NCBI GenBank assembly: GCA_040437565.1
Contig: JBDOQK010000077.1
Location: forward strand, 62,001 to 114,490
From: Albugo candida
Lineage: Eukaryota
DNA: 52,490 bases
Direction: 5' to 3'
Part shown: positions 38,816 to 49,393 of the stretch, in pieces
Layout: each line of letters starts with the position of its first letter
Position numbering within the stretch: the stretch's first letter is position 1
The notes under the pieces: generated by a model
What the model saw: only the letters and a program-made list of their open reading frames with translations
Told to the model about the DNA's origin: nothing
The model's database searches: none
Translations under genes and position numbers: made by a program

Positions 38816-39449
38816 CTTTCAATTGCGCTTTGTCAGACATACTAAGTTGTTCTACTTGTAGTTCATGAGAAGTCAATTCTTTTATCACTACTTCCGGTTT
38901 CTCTGTTGGTTGGAAAGGCCCCGTTGATAGTGGGATGGTTTGGCTCTGTTGCAACCTTCAGGTGAGTCAACTTGGCTCGTGAACTTGTTGCCGTAATTAC
39001 TATGATTTGCATTGTCAGTATGTACTTCTTGCTAGCTAAAGATGGCCTGAATCTACAGTACACCGTCCTTCAATTATTCCATGCACTTACAGCTTTGGCT
39101 CCATTCATTTCGAGTAGCTTTGAGGTTCCTCTTTGCCTCGTACCACCCGGTCACTCCCCAAATGGAATCCCAGGACAAGTAATACTGACCAGTATCAAGG
39201 TATACCTAAGCATGTCTTACGTTCATGCTCAAAGTTATCATTTCTATGCAGGTCTCGCTCCTTGGAATGATACTATTGCATGTTATTCATTTACTTGTTC
39301 CGCCTCCCGCGCGATACCCTCATCTCCACGAGTGTATATTCGCAACCTTTTCATGCGGTTGTTTCCTACTCACTCTTGCGTATTTTACCTATTGGCAATG
39401 TACCATTGATGATACACAAGACGAAAATATGATCAAAAAGAAATCCTGA
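37566..39449 (+). CDS. ALG6: Dolichyl-P-Glc:Man9GlcNAc2-PP-Dol alpha-1,3-glucosyltransferase, 6 exons
   Basis: PPMYGDFEAQRHWMEIT, YWGLDYPPLTA, LIDHGHFQYN, FKQMTLY, HRIFPVARGLFEDKVSN and FLFSFQVHEKSILL; ends IKKKS (KKxx-type ER signal). Exons 37566-38433, 38489-38615, 38677-38804, 38862-38961, 39019-39199, 39252-39449, all GT-AG. Confidence 0.93.
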
Positions 39450-39713
39450 TCTTTCGGTATTCACTATCGATTGTGGAAGCCTAATTCAAAAAGCTGGCAT
39501 TTTGTCATGTGTCAAAAGTGAGAGTATGTAGTACTAAATCATCATGCTACAGATATTCAATAAAATACCTGAATTTTTCTGTGTTGATGCGCTATGAAGC
39601 TCGAAATCTCAGCTGATCTCGGATCTTGTACCTAACTGAGTATACAGATGAACGGATACAGTTCTCATGAAATGCGCGTATATAAGATCGCCGTTACATG
39701 TCAGTGATTTATT

Positions 39714-41331
39714 ACAATCATCCGATGCAATCGCGCACTGATACATCTCGATTGGTCGGTGAAAAACAGAGACATTCCGAATGGTCTTCGGCGTCTGTCA
39801 GGTCTTGTTATTGTCGACATATGCGACCAGCACATCAGATGAATGCATCATTTCGAAATAATTGAGCAATGTGTTAGTCAAATCCTGGCTGTTGAGCAAA
39901 AGAATAGTGTGCAAACCATGAATAATCGTATCACTGTGTTCTTGTCTTATGAGTTGAGCTATTGCGTTTGACACCAGGCCGCACATAAAGTCAACTTTTA
40001 AGTTTGTCGATCAATTTGTACTACACACACAAGAAAAAGAAGAACGTCACCGTGGCACTGGCTGCAGTGTCGACGTACTTGTACCGAAACACCAGCAAAT
40101 GCGGGTTTTCCGAATGTTGAGTCGGTAGCACCAGATCCAGCCCTTGCAGAGGTACCGAAGCTTCCACTCACTCCGTATCAAAAACCTCCACTCGTAAAGC
40201 CCGTACCTGTCGGCTGTGTCGCCTCAATTCCAATCGTATTGCCAAATGCAAATTTTTGTTGTTCCTGTGGTACCAAACGACCCGATTGAGATCCAAACGT
40301 TACCGATGATCCAAAACCACTGATGTAGCGCCAAATGGCTGATTCGAAGTGGTAGTAGTATCAAATGGATTTCCCGATGCATCAAACGCTCCACTTGACG
40401 CAGTCGGTTGAGCATTGCATAAAGACGATCCAAAATTGCCATAACCTGACGTTGCTGGAGCTCCAAAACAACNNNNNNNNNNNNNNNNNNNNNNNNNNNN
40501 NNNNNNNNNNNNNNNNNNNNNNNNNNNNNNNNNNNNNNNNNNNNNNNNNNNNNNNNNNNNNNNNNNNNNNNNACAATCATCCGATGCAATCGCGCACTGA
40601 TACATCTCGATTGGTCGGTGAAAAACAGAGACATTCCGAATGGTCTTCGGCGTCTGTCAGGTCTTGTTATTGTCGACATATGCGACCAGCACATCAGATG
40701 AATGCATCATTTCGAAATAATTGAGCAATGTGTTAGTCAAATCCTGGCTGTTGAGCAAAAGAATAGTGTGCAAACCATGAATAATCGTATCACTGTGTTC
40801 TTGTCTTATGAGTTGAGCTATTGCGTTTGACACCAGGCCGCACATAAAGTCAACTTTTAAGTTTGTCGATCAATTTGTACTACACACACAAGAAAAAGAA
40901 GAACGTCACCGTGGCACTGGCTGCAGTGTCGACGTACTTGTACCGAAACACCAGCAAATGCGGGTTTTCCGAATGTTGAGTCGGTAGCACCAGATCCAGC
41001 CCTTGCAGAGGTACCGAAGCTTCCACTCACTCCGTATCAAAAACCTCCACTCGTAAAGCCCGTACCTGTCGGCTGTGTCGCCTCAATTCCAATCGTATTG
41101 CCAAATGCAAATTTTTGTTGTTCCTGTGGTACCAAACGACCCGATTGAGATCCAAACGTTACCGATGATCCAAAACCACTGATGTAGCGCCAAATGGCTG
41201 ATTCGAAGTGGTAGTAGTATCAAATGGATTTCCCGATGCATCAAACGCTCCACTTGACGCAGTCGGTTGAGCATTGCATAAAGACGATCCAAAATTGCCA
41301 TAACCTGACGTTGCTGGAGCTCCAAAACAAC
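39714..41331. repeat. Gap-flanking direct duplication 39714-40472 = 40573-41331 (probable assembly overlap)
   Basis: Identical sequence at an offset of 859 bp around the gap at 40473-40572. Confidence 0.9.
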
Positions 41332-41560
41332 TCGACGGCGTCGTTGTAGACCCAGAGCTCGTTGATGTACCTCAGAAACCATGTAGGCTGAAAAGGAGGA
41401 TTTCCAGTCCCAGCTTGATTAGTAGCGCCCATTGTATCGGTTCCAAAACCGCCAGCCGAATTTTCTCAAGTTGAAGCTGCAATCTGAGTCCCAAATCCAG
41501 ACGCGGCAGTAGTACGGTGCATGACACTTAAAACCAGCAAACCCTGATTTTGAATGGCCA
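40905..41560 (-). pseudogene. FG-repeat nucleoporin (Nup98-like) N-terminal fragment, frameshifted
   Basis: SGFGTQ, GGFGTDTMGATNQAGTGNPPFQPT, CFGAPATSGYGNFGSS, SNQPFGATS and GSFGTTGTT are spread over different frames. GTGNPPxQPT resembles the start of the Nup98 GLEBS segment. CCAAT at about 41600. Confidence 0.6.
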
Positions 41561-41616
41561 ATTTTCGGATCACATTACCCTGTAATGTTGCCGCTGCCGA
41601 TTGGTTAAAGTACATC

Positions 41617-42235
41617 ATAACAATCGTCCATGCCCTGACCTAGGCTCAGTTGAAGGTGTCTATATTACTAGAATTAGACAAACTGACTTCTCTAGTTGCC
41701 TAGGCTATCTTAAATAACATANNNNNNNNNNNNNNNNNNNNNNNNNNNNNNNNNNNNNNNNNNNNNNNNNNNNNNNNNNNNNNNNNNNNNNNNNNNNNNN
41801 NNNNNNNNNNNNNNNNNNNNNGCCTGGTCCTTACGCAAGGACTCCTGCGACTTGATTATTTCTGCCAAAGTGGGACCTTTGGTGTCGTCCACACTTGCAG
41901 TTGCAGTTGCCTGTTGGTCACCCTGTGACGAGGCAACGACAGTACTGCATGTACCACCGGTAGTACCGGTATTAACATGTACCGTCACACAGGGGGTGGG
42001 GGTACTTTCCACGTCATCACACAGGGGTGATGACTCATCAACAAGCATGCAATCACCCAAAACAGGGTGACTCATGAGGGTTGCCACGTCACTACAAGTG
42101 GACGCTAGCACCCTTGGTTGTGTCGATATGTCGACTTGGACCATTGTTTTCGAGAGGAAAGAGTTGAAAAAGGTAGTTTTTCGAGTTGTTTTGTACTAAC
42201 TTGGCGGGTTACGTAGTAGCCGGCAAATTGAGAAG
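41617..42235 (-). mobile_element. Second member of the putative non-LTR family (5' end, ORF1 start, gap, possible 3' end)
   Basis: The 5' motif CTTCTCAATTTGCCgGCTaCTACG matches 19397-19374 at 22 of 24 nt. ORF 42144 (MVQVDIS...GPTLAEIIKSQESLRKDQ) parallels MVSIDIS...WPSLADTLKGQEEFRKDK. The interior is hidden by the gap at 41722-41821. Confidence 0.55.
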
Positions 42236-45200
42236 TTGATTGAATCTCAGACAAGCTCGCACCAGTGATTATGCTCGCTTTGTTTACGTAGTTAGATGCG
42301 ATGAGAGCTGAGAAATCGAATAGCAGGACAGCTTCACAAATAGTTCGAAGCGATGCCAAAGTTGCATTAGTGCGATGATAAAGTGAACCCTGTGAATTTG
42401 TAATGTGTTTTGCAATCCGAATATACTCACAATATTATTTATCACTTCTATATTTGATAAATTTCGCATATTCCCTTGCGATACAACGTGATGACAGATC
42501 AAGTAAAATGGATAGGTGAGTCGTTTGTTATACAATCGCAATCAAACCTCGCAGAAAGGCGGAATAACCGTCGTCGGGAATGCCTTTTATAAATGCAGTT
42601 ACAACTTTTCTGTCCTTAGAATATTGTTTACCTAACCTATATTTTCCACAAGCTTATGTATTCTCGAAGTACACACTGTACTTCTACCGAGTAGTTACAA
42701 AAGTGCGATGAAACGTGCGCATCGCTTATGCTGCGTCCAATTTCTCAATCAATTTTAGCGTCGTAAAGTCAAAGAAGTACCGTAATAATAATTTGTTTTT
42801 GTTGTCAATCTTGCCACTGCCGCAATTTGTTAGATAGGATGTCTATTTGTTCCAGATAAATTCTCTTCTTGCCAGCACCGTTAGAGTTCTGCGTATCTGT
42901 ATATTGCCGTTGGTGAATGATTACGGGGAATCTTCTTGCCTGCTTTAAGTGGCCTGTCACTTGGATTCAGTACAAGCAAACATCCTCAAATCTTATGTTA
43001 CGTTCACACTTCTTGACGTGTGTTTATACGAAAAACCGGTGCGCAACTTCGAAGTACCCAACACTTCTGATACAAAGCGTCCATGAATTTACTGTGTACA
43101 CTAAACGAGTCAAAATTGGAAATCGGAAGTACAAGAATAGAAGACTAGCGTTGATTATGTAACTAGGATAAACAATTAGACATACTTTCCCGAAATACAT
43201 CACGTGCTCGACAGGTAGCAAAATTCGATCAATATGACGGCTATACTTTGAAAAACAAGTTGCTCTAGATCCCTGTCTTATTGAGTCAACCCAATAATCG
43301 TTTTTATTCGAACCACATACCTTGACGTGTCGTATGCTGGAGTCGTATAGATTGATCCCAAGCGTGCAAGGCTTGAATGATATCTATGCCAAATGTACTC
43401 CGCTTTGTATTTCCGACATCACTGAGGTTACTTGTCAGAGTTCTCTCAACGCAATCTACGTCGTAGCTTTCATGAGTTGTTCGACTTCATTAGCAAAATT
43501 TTCCCAATGATGTCCGTAGAAATAATTTCGTGAGCTTCCATTTGCACAATCACTTACACTGGATCACTGCATAGCCGTACCTTTGCAACATTGTAGGAAA
43601 TTCTATATTTTCGTTTGTCAAAAGCTTTCAATGGCACTTCCGCATCGAAAACCGCCAATAAGCGGGGCTTACTTTTATGAAAAATCACGTCGGATGATAC
43701 GTAAGAAGCTTACATTCCGCTTATCACCATCATCAGCTAATTGATACGATGATGTTCGTTCATCCGCTTACTGATGGCTCCATTGTCGTCAATCACAGCA
43801 CATTTCGAAATTTACGACGATCGCGTATCCAAAGTTTCTCACTGCGTGCCAATTTCTTTGAGCGGAGAGCACGACTAAAAACCGACAGATCGCACACATT
43901 TTGTATCTCGTGCGATTGTCCGATACTGATGGATAATAACTCTTTCTTTTTCGACGTCCTCGAGAAATCTCTGCAAGCATACAATGGATTAGAAGCGAGT
44001 GCTTATTGCTGCCAGAGGTTCTCAATGCCGCTGTACCTAGTCGTTCGGGCAATACCTTGATATATAAATGATCAGTATGATTGTGATTGCACGCGGAAAA
44101 TTATGTATTTGTTGCGCCCGCCATAATAAACGAGATTTGAGCTGTGTCTGGGAACAAAGCTATCCCGTCGAACAACTTTGATGGCGCGAAATTGGACCCA
44201 AGAAAGTCGTCTTCTGCAAGTTTGCACCATTAATATGCTCCCCGTACTTCATTCCTTCCACGTCGACGTTTCCTGCGCATGCGGCAATACGTGTGCGCAT
44301 ATTCCACGCACTGAAAGACCAACCACGACCATCGGAAAATCCTGGTAGTGTCATCTATCTACCACTTATGACTACGTACTCCATTTTTGGGAACAAAGTT
44401 TCAATGAGAAGTTGAAGCGTTGAGTGACTGCGATTCGGATTTCTCTAGTTCAATACATCAATGGGTATAATTGCATCTAAATGCATAAAGACTTTTTCTT
44501 AGATGAAGACATTTTCTTTAATCGCAGCAGCGTATTTGAAAGATGCGATGGATCAGTGTAGCTACAGAACACAGGGTAGAATGAGTGAGAGCATCGAAAC
44601 GACTCGTATCGTGCGTCTGGATTCTTCTCTGGCTTCCTTGTTTCCATCAGCTTTTCATTGCTTACTTTTCTCTGCATTCTCTGTAGTCCAATCGTGCGTT
44701 GAGGCGTTCAGCTTGTCATGTATGGTTCCGGTTCCGGAGAGTTACTTGTGTGCAGACATTGTGGAAGTAAGCAACAGCTCGTTATGTCCATTCAATTGTC
44801 AATAAATACTTAACTCCATTCTCGCACCGCTTTAATCTGTCCCCACATTCTACCGTCGTATCGCATGATATATCCGGCTGCCTTCCTTCTTTATAGCTAG
44901 CGAAAACGAAGTTCCACGAACTTTCAGTTCTTCCGATTTTGTACCAAGGCGCTCGTTCTTGCAAAGTGAGTCCCGATTCATTTTAAATGTCGCGCTTCTA
45001 CCAGCAAAATCCTGTCCGTGACTGCAGCTTTGAATATCAAGTGCTTCTATCGGGTACGTGTTACGACCGATATTCGAATGCAGACACGATGCCATAAAAG
45101 CGAGGACGTAATATGTCAAACGTGTTGTTTGGTCGCATGATTATTCGAGTCATTACACGAAGGTGATTGTCATGTAGCACGGGAAAAAAGAGCCTTTATC

Positions 45201-45297
45201 GTATACATTATACCGACTTCTCATTATACTGTTTCAGCTTTTTGATGCTGTTATTTACCAAAAACACAGCGAAGAACCATACCTTCTCAGTCACAGC

Positions 45298-46043
45298 ATG
45301 CTCTTGTGGTGGTTGAAACCTGCTCTTCGGCGTTCAGGTATTCGTAAATAGCCAGCATGCACGCTAGATTGGACCTGCATCCCGACGTTATAACACTCCT
45401 CTCGCGCCAGCACCTTTTGCATTCCGAATTTGGGTCTGATCTATTCTTTGCTGGTACCTACTTTAATATTGGATTGCATCTACCCAACGTACTCGTTTTT
45501 CGATCTGTCGGATTATCCAAATTCACTTCGTGTTGCATTTTCGCTATCTTGTAAAGCAAACATTAGCTGGGTTCTGCTTTTTCCCAAAATTTCGTTCATA
45601 CTTCGTCTACTTCGTCTATCATCATAATAATATTGTGGCCATCATTACTTCCGCTTTACGTATCAATTACTGATAACTGGCAGCAAAAGCAATTTTCATG
45701 GATCCAAAATCTTGGCAGTGATCTCTCCATTACGATTTATTGTGCGCGGGCCTGCATTGCTGCATCCATTAGTGTGAGTACCTCCTTACAAATCAATCAG
45801 AAAAATTCTCTCCCGGTGGAAATATACATCGGAATCATTTCGCTCCTCATCGGGCTTTGCGGTTATGCAACTATCATTAGACGCGATATGATTTCTAGCT
45901 TGGTGGCTGTATGGGTGTTGGTGGCACTTTTGGTGGCAATTGTCACGTGGAAAAGTATGAGAGATAGCAAAACAGCAGTAAGTGTCTTTGGGATCCGCTG
46001 TTGTGCCATCCAAGCAGTAATGACTATTCTGGAGATGCGGTAA
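45298..46043 (+). pseudogene. TspO/MBR-like multi-pass membrane protein, frameshifted
   Basis: Pieces ASRRYNT / PAPFAFRIW / GLIYSLL / FSLSCKANISWVLLF / RRDMISSLVAVWVLVAL lie in different frames with stops. The pattern matches the TxxxPAxxAFxIWGLIY family motif (recognised from memory). Confidence 0.5.
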
Positions 46044-46193
46044 TTGCTCAGCTTGCGTGTTGGAACAAGGAATAGGAGTTATTCAAACTGATTGAAATAA
46101 TGGAAGTTCGAAAATGTGCGTCGCTTTATTCTCTTTGTCAAATAGCGAGATCCACGTTGTCTCGCAAGTGCAATCGGGCAGTAAGATCGATTT

Positions 46194-47619
46194 TTATAAG
46201 AACCCTTGTCGAGTCAAATCCCAAAATGTCTTGCGATTGAAAAGATTCCCTTCCGAGTCTTGGGGAAATTCTTCTTCCACACAAGTATTCCAGGTTTCTG
46301 CATCAATCTGATCTTTCAGCTTCTCGTAACATAATGAGGCACTCCAGATGAGTTAGAGGAAGACAGGGTTCACTGATGCAAAAAGAATAGCTCTTAACTT
46401 GATGGCATCTTGCATTGGAGTTATATCATGAAAATGCTTGGTGTTGGGGATCTTCAGACTCCTCATGCCAAAGACATGGCGCCACTCTTGGAAATGTCGG
46501 TCAAATGCGCGACGTCCCCAATAAAAATGATTTCCGCATAGTTCGCACTTGTATTCGAGGCCCAGTCCGTGTAGTTTGTACAGCCAATAAAGAATGGAGT
46601 TGCCGTCCCATCCAAAAAGCAAATTGAATGGATTGTAAATTGGTGTCTCCTCTTCGTCATCATCATCAGATTCACCTTCATTCTGAGCATCAGTATCCGA
46701 CAACGCACCCTCTTGCTCTTCTTCAATTTCTACTTCTAGCTCTTCAGCTATTCGAGTCTGTTTCATTTTAAGATATGCAATGGTGGCATGGGTATCCGCT
46801 TGATTCTTCTCCCACCACATAACTTGGTTGAGAGCCCACTGCTTCTGAGAAGCAGTGGGCGTCTCGTCGATGACATCATCTAGATCAGCTAGTGGTTGTG
46901 TTCGACGATAGAAGCCCAGCAAGTATTCTTTCAGATCATTTATATGTCGATGATACTCCGTTGGTAACAGCTTGTATCTCAAGCATACCAATCGCGTCAA
47001 TGTCTATTGTGTAGCGAAATTCCCTGTACCGTTTGAAAACAGGATTGTTCATAAAACTGATGCAAATCCACATCACGCCCAGCCTTTCTTCTCCCGAAAA
47101 CTACGCGCAGAACCACCGATCACAGCTTTTCTATTACTCAACACGTGCAGCCAACATACGCCCAACTTGTGAATGGATGACTTCATTGACATCAGGTTCA
47201 TGTGGAATAGGAGGCGTGCTGGGAAACTTCGGGTGAAACGTGCGGATATGCTTAATTTGCTCATAAAGTGAAGTGAAAGTCGAAGGCCGCGCATGATGCT
47301 AGATTCCTCTGCAAATGTCCTGCGGATATTGACTCAGCGTGAATTCCGATTATGTTTGAGAATGTAGGTACCCTTCTTTGTCGTCGTATTGAGCTTTAGC
47401 GTTTGTATCAAGCGACGCAATACGATCTAAATGCGTGCTGACTTTGAGCCCATGCAGCACACGCTCGCGATGCTGAAAAAGAATTGAACATCTGCATGCT
47501 TTATTATAAGAGGAGCTTACATTCCTCGATTTTTCTTGGAGAATCGATACGACAAGTCGCTCGTAGGATTCGGCATCTTCCAACGTGGACCGCAATTGCT
47601 CCAACGATGTCGCCGACAT
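46194..47619 (-). pseudogene. SF3A3: Splicing factor 3A subunit 3 (SF3a60/PRP9) unprocessed pseudogene
   Basis: PIYNPFNLLFGWDGNSILYWLYKLHGLGLEYKCELCGNHFYWGRRAFDRHFQEWRH..IPNTKHFHDIT and C-terminal DSEGNLFNRKTFWDLTRQGFL*. GT-AG introns are retained (e.g. 47520-47473). Frameshifts near IMRG/SLYEQIK and SGEE/VDLHQFY, and the central region appears deleted. Confidence 0.85.
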
Positions 47620-48005
47620 CCGAATACCGCGATACTCAAAGATAAACCGTTATCACGCTAACAATGATTGTCAGTACTTTGCGTAGAAAGGAAACATTAC
47701 AAAACCCACAAATGTTCCATATTCGCTTATTAAAAGAGCTATACACGAGATTTGCAATCTCTTCTTCGTTCTCATAGAACAAAATTTTACTTGTTTTTTT
47801 TTCTTTTGAAATAAATTTAATATCCCATCGATCCGCTAACGCGCATTTCCATAACCGGTCTAAAAATACNNNNNNNNNNNNNNNNNNNNNNNNNNNNNNN
47901 NNNNNNNNNNNNNNNNNNNNNNNNNNNNNNNNNNNNNNNNNNNNNNNNNNNNNNNNNNNNNNNNNNNNNCCCATCGATCCGCTAACGCGCATTTCCATAA
48001 CCGGT

Positions 48006-48620
48006 CTAAAAATACAGCAAGCAAACAAAGTCAAACAAAATTTGAATGGTACTTGTCCCGAGGTCCGGGACATCAGATACGAGACTTACCCGATCTCCCT
48101 TGACCATCGGTCGTTGATCCGTTGATGCTTTGGCGTCATTTCTCTTCTTCAAACTCTCTTCCATTCTTTTTGCAGTGATAATTGAGTAGTACACGGATCC
48201 AAATGTTGCGCCACCGATCAGAATGGTCAGGAAAAGCCCGACAAGAAATGGTGGACCGAATGAGTTTTTTGTATCAATGGTAAGATTATCGCCACTCATA
48301 TTTTGCACCGAGCTACATCGTGGTCCATTCCGTGAACCCGTCACACATTTGCAGCATATTTCTCACAAACTCCAGTTCGAACTTTGGATATTTATTGGGG
48401 CACAGAGCAGTCATCGTCCTTCTCGCAGTAAGCTTTTCCGGACACGGCTACCATTTTATTATCAGAATCTTCAGATTCTTTTGGATGTCCTTCAATCCAC
48501 TTTTTGGTTGGATGAGTAGGAGGGTCACATGTGATAGTCATAGACGAGTTCTTGCTCGTATTCTGATGCAGTCGAACATATTCAATCTTCATTCGCAAAG
48601 GGAAATCATTGCGCACTCGT
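48006..48620 (-). pseudogene. C-terminal fragment of a SKN1/KRE6-like beta-glucan synthesis-associated (GH16) protein
   Basis: FPLRMKIEYVRLHQ..TITCDPPTHPTKKWIEGH..AVSGKAYCEKDDDC, TGVCEK, GPRC, then SFGPPFLVG and a transmembrane segment. Stop at 48392 and a frameshift. No GH16 catalytic region is recognisable upstream. Confidence 0.7.
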
Positions 48621-49393
48621 ATGGCGACAGGATCATTCCCATTTCCGCGACAAGGTTTTCCAGGATTGGGAGGTTTAGTGCCCCAAGTGTTCGAGAGTGC
48701 AACATCGAAAACAATGTACAGAGATTCTTCGATCGTATTCTTCGAGGGCTAGTCTTGGCTGCATTCTGCGGTGGATCGGTGAGAGCTTTTGCGAAATCTC
48801 ATAGAATGGTTTTCCAGCCAATATCAACCGCACGTAACCTGTCACCCACTCGACTTGATGTATATGATACTTTGTATAGGCGCTTATATGAAGATGCCAA
48901 TTTGCAGAACTACATCCATCTGACACTTGTATTCAAAGTCGCCAGAATACACATCTAGTAGTCCTAGTCGAGGGCACCGCTCAAATCGATTGCCGAATTT
49001 ACAATAAAACGTTCCGGCGTATGGGCTCTGAGTCGCAAAGCAAGTACCATTGTCATTACTTCCCCAATTTTGATTGGATCCATCGTTTTTTTTCCAAGAT
49101 CTCCATACACAATGAGCGATGCAGGGAAAATAGTTGGATCACGTTTATCTACTTCTATCTCTCCTTGCAATTTACCTCTTGTTTTCGAAAGGCTCTTCCA
49201 CTTTGGATCCGATGCGCAGTAATCGTTGGAGCCATGTCTTAAACCTTGTTACCATGAGGCATGGGCCGCGACTTTGTACATGGAGGCCGGAGCGCCAACG
49301 TTTGTGACACCAAGAGGGAAATGCCGATCGTACACGCAACCGTAGTCCTCATCAAGTCGTGGAAAAAATTTAGGCCCAAATCTGATGCGCGTT

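Noticed and set aside
1450-48073. ORFs containing X runs that span N gaps
   Set aside because: Their continuity across gaps of nominal 100-N length is artificial.
48320-48958. 212-aa plus-strand ORF
   Set aside because: It is an antisense shadow of the minus-strand SKN1-like and unknown remnants, with a non-ATG start and no motif.
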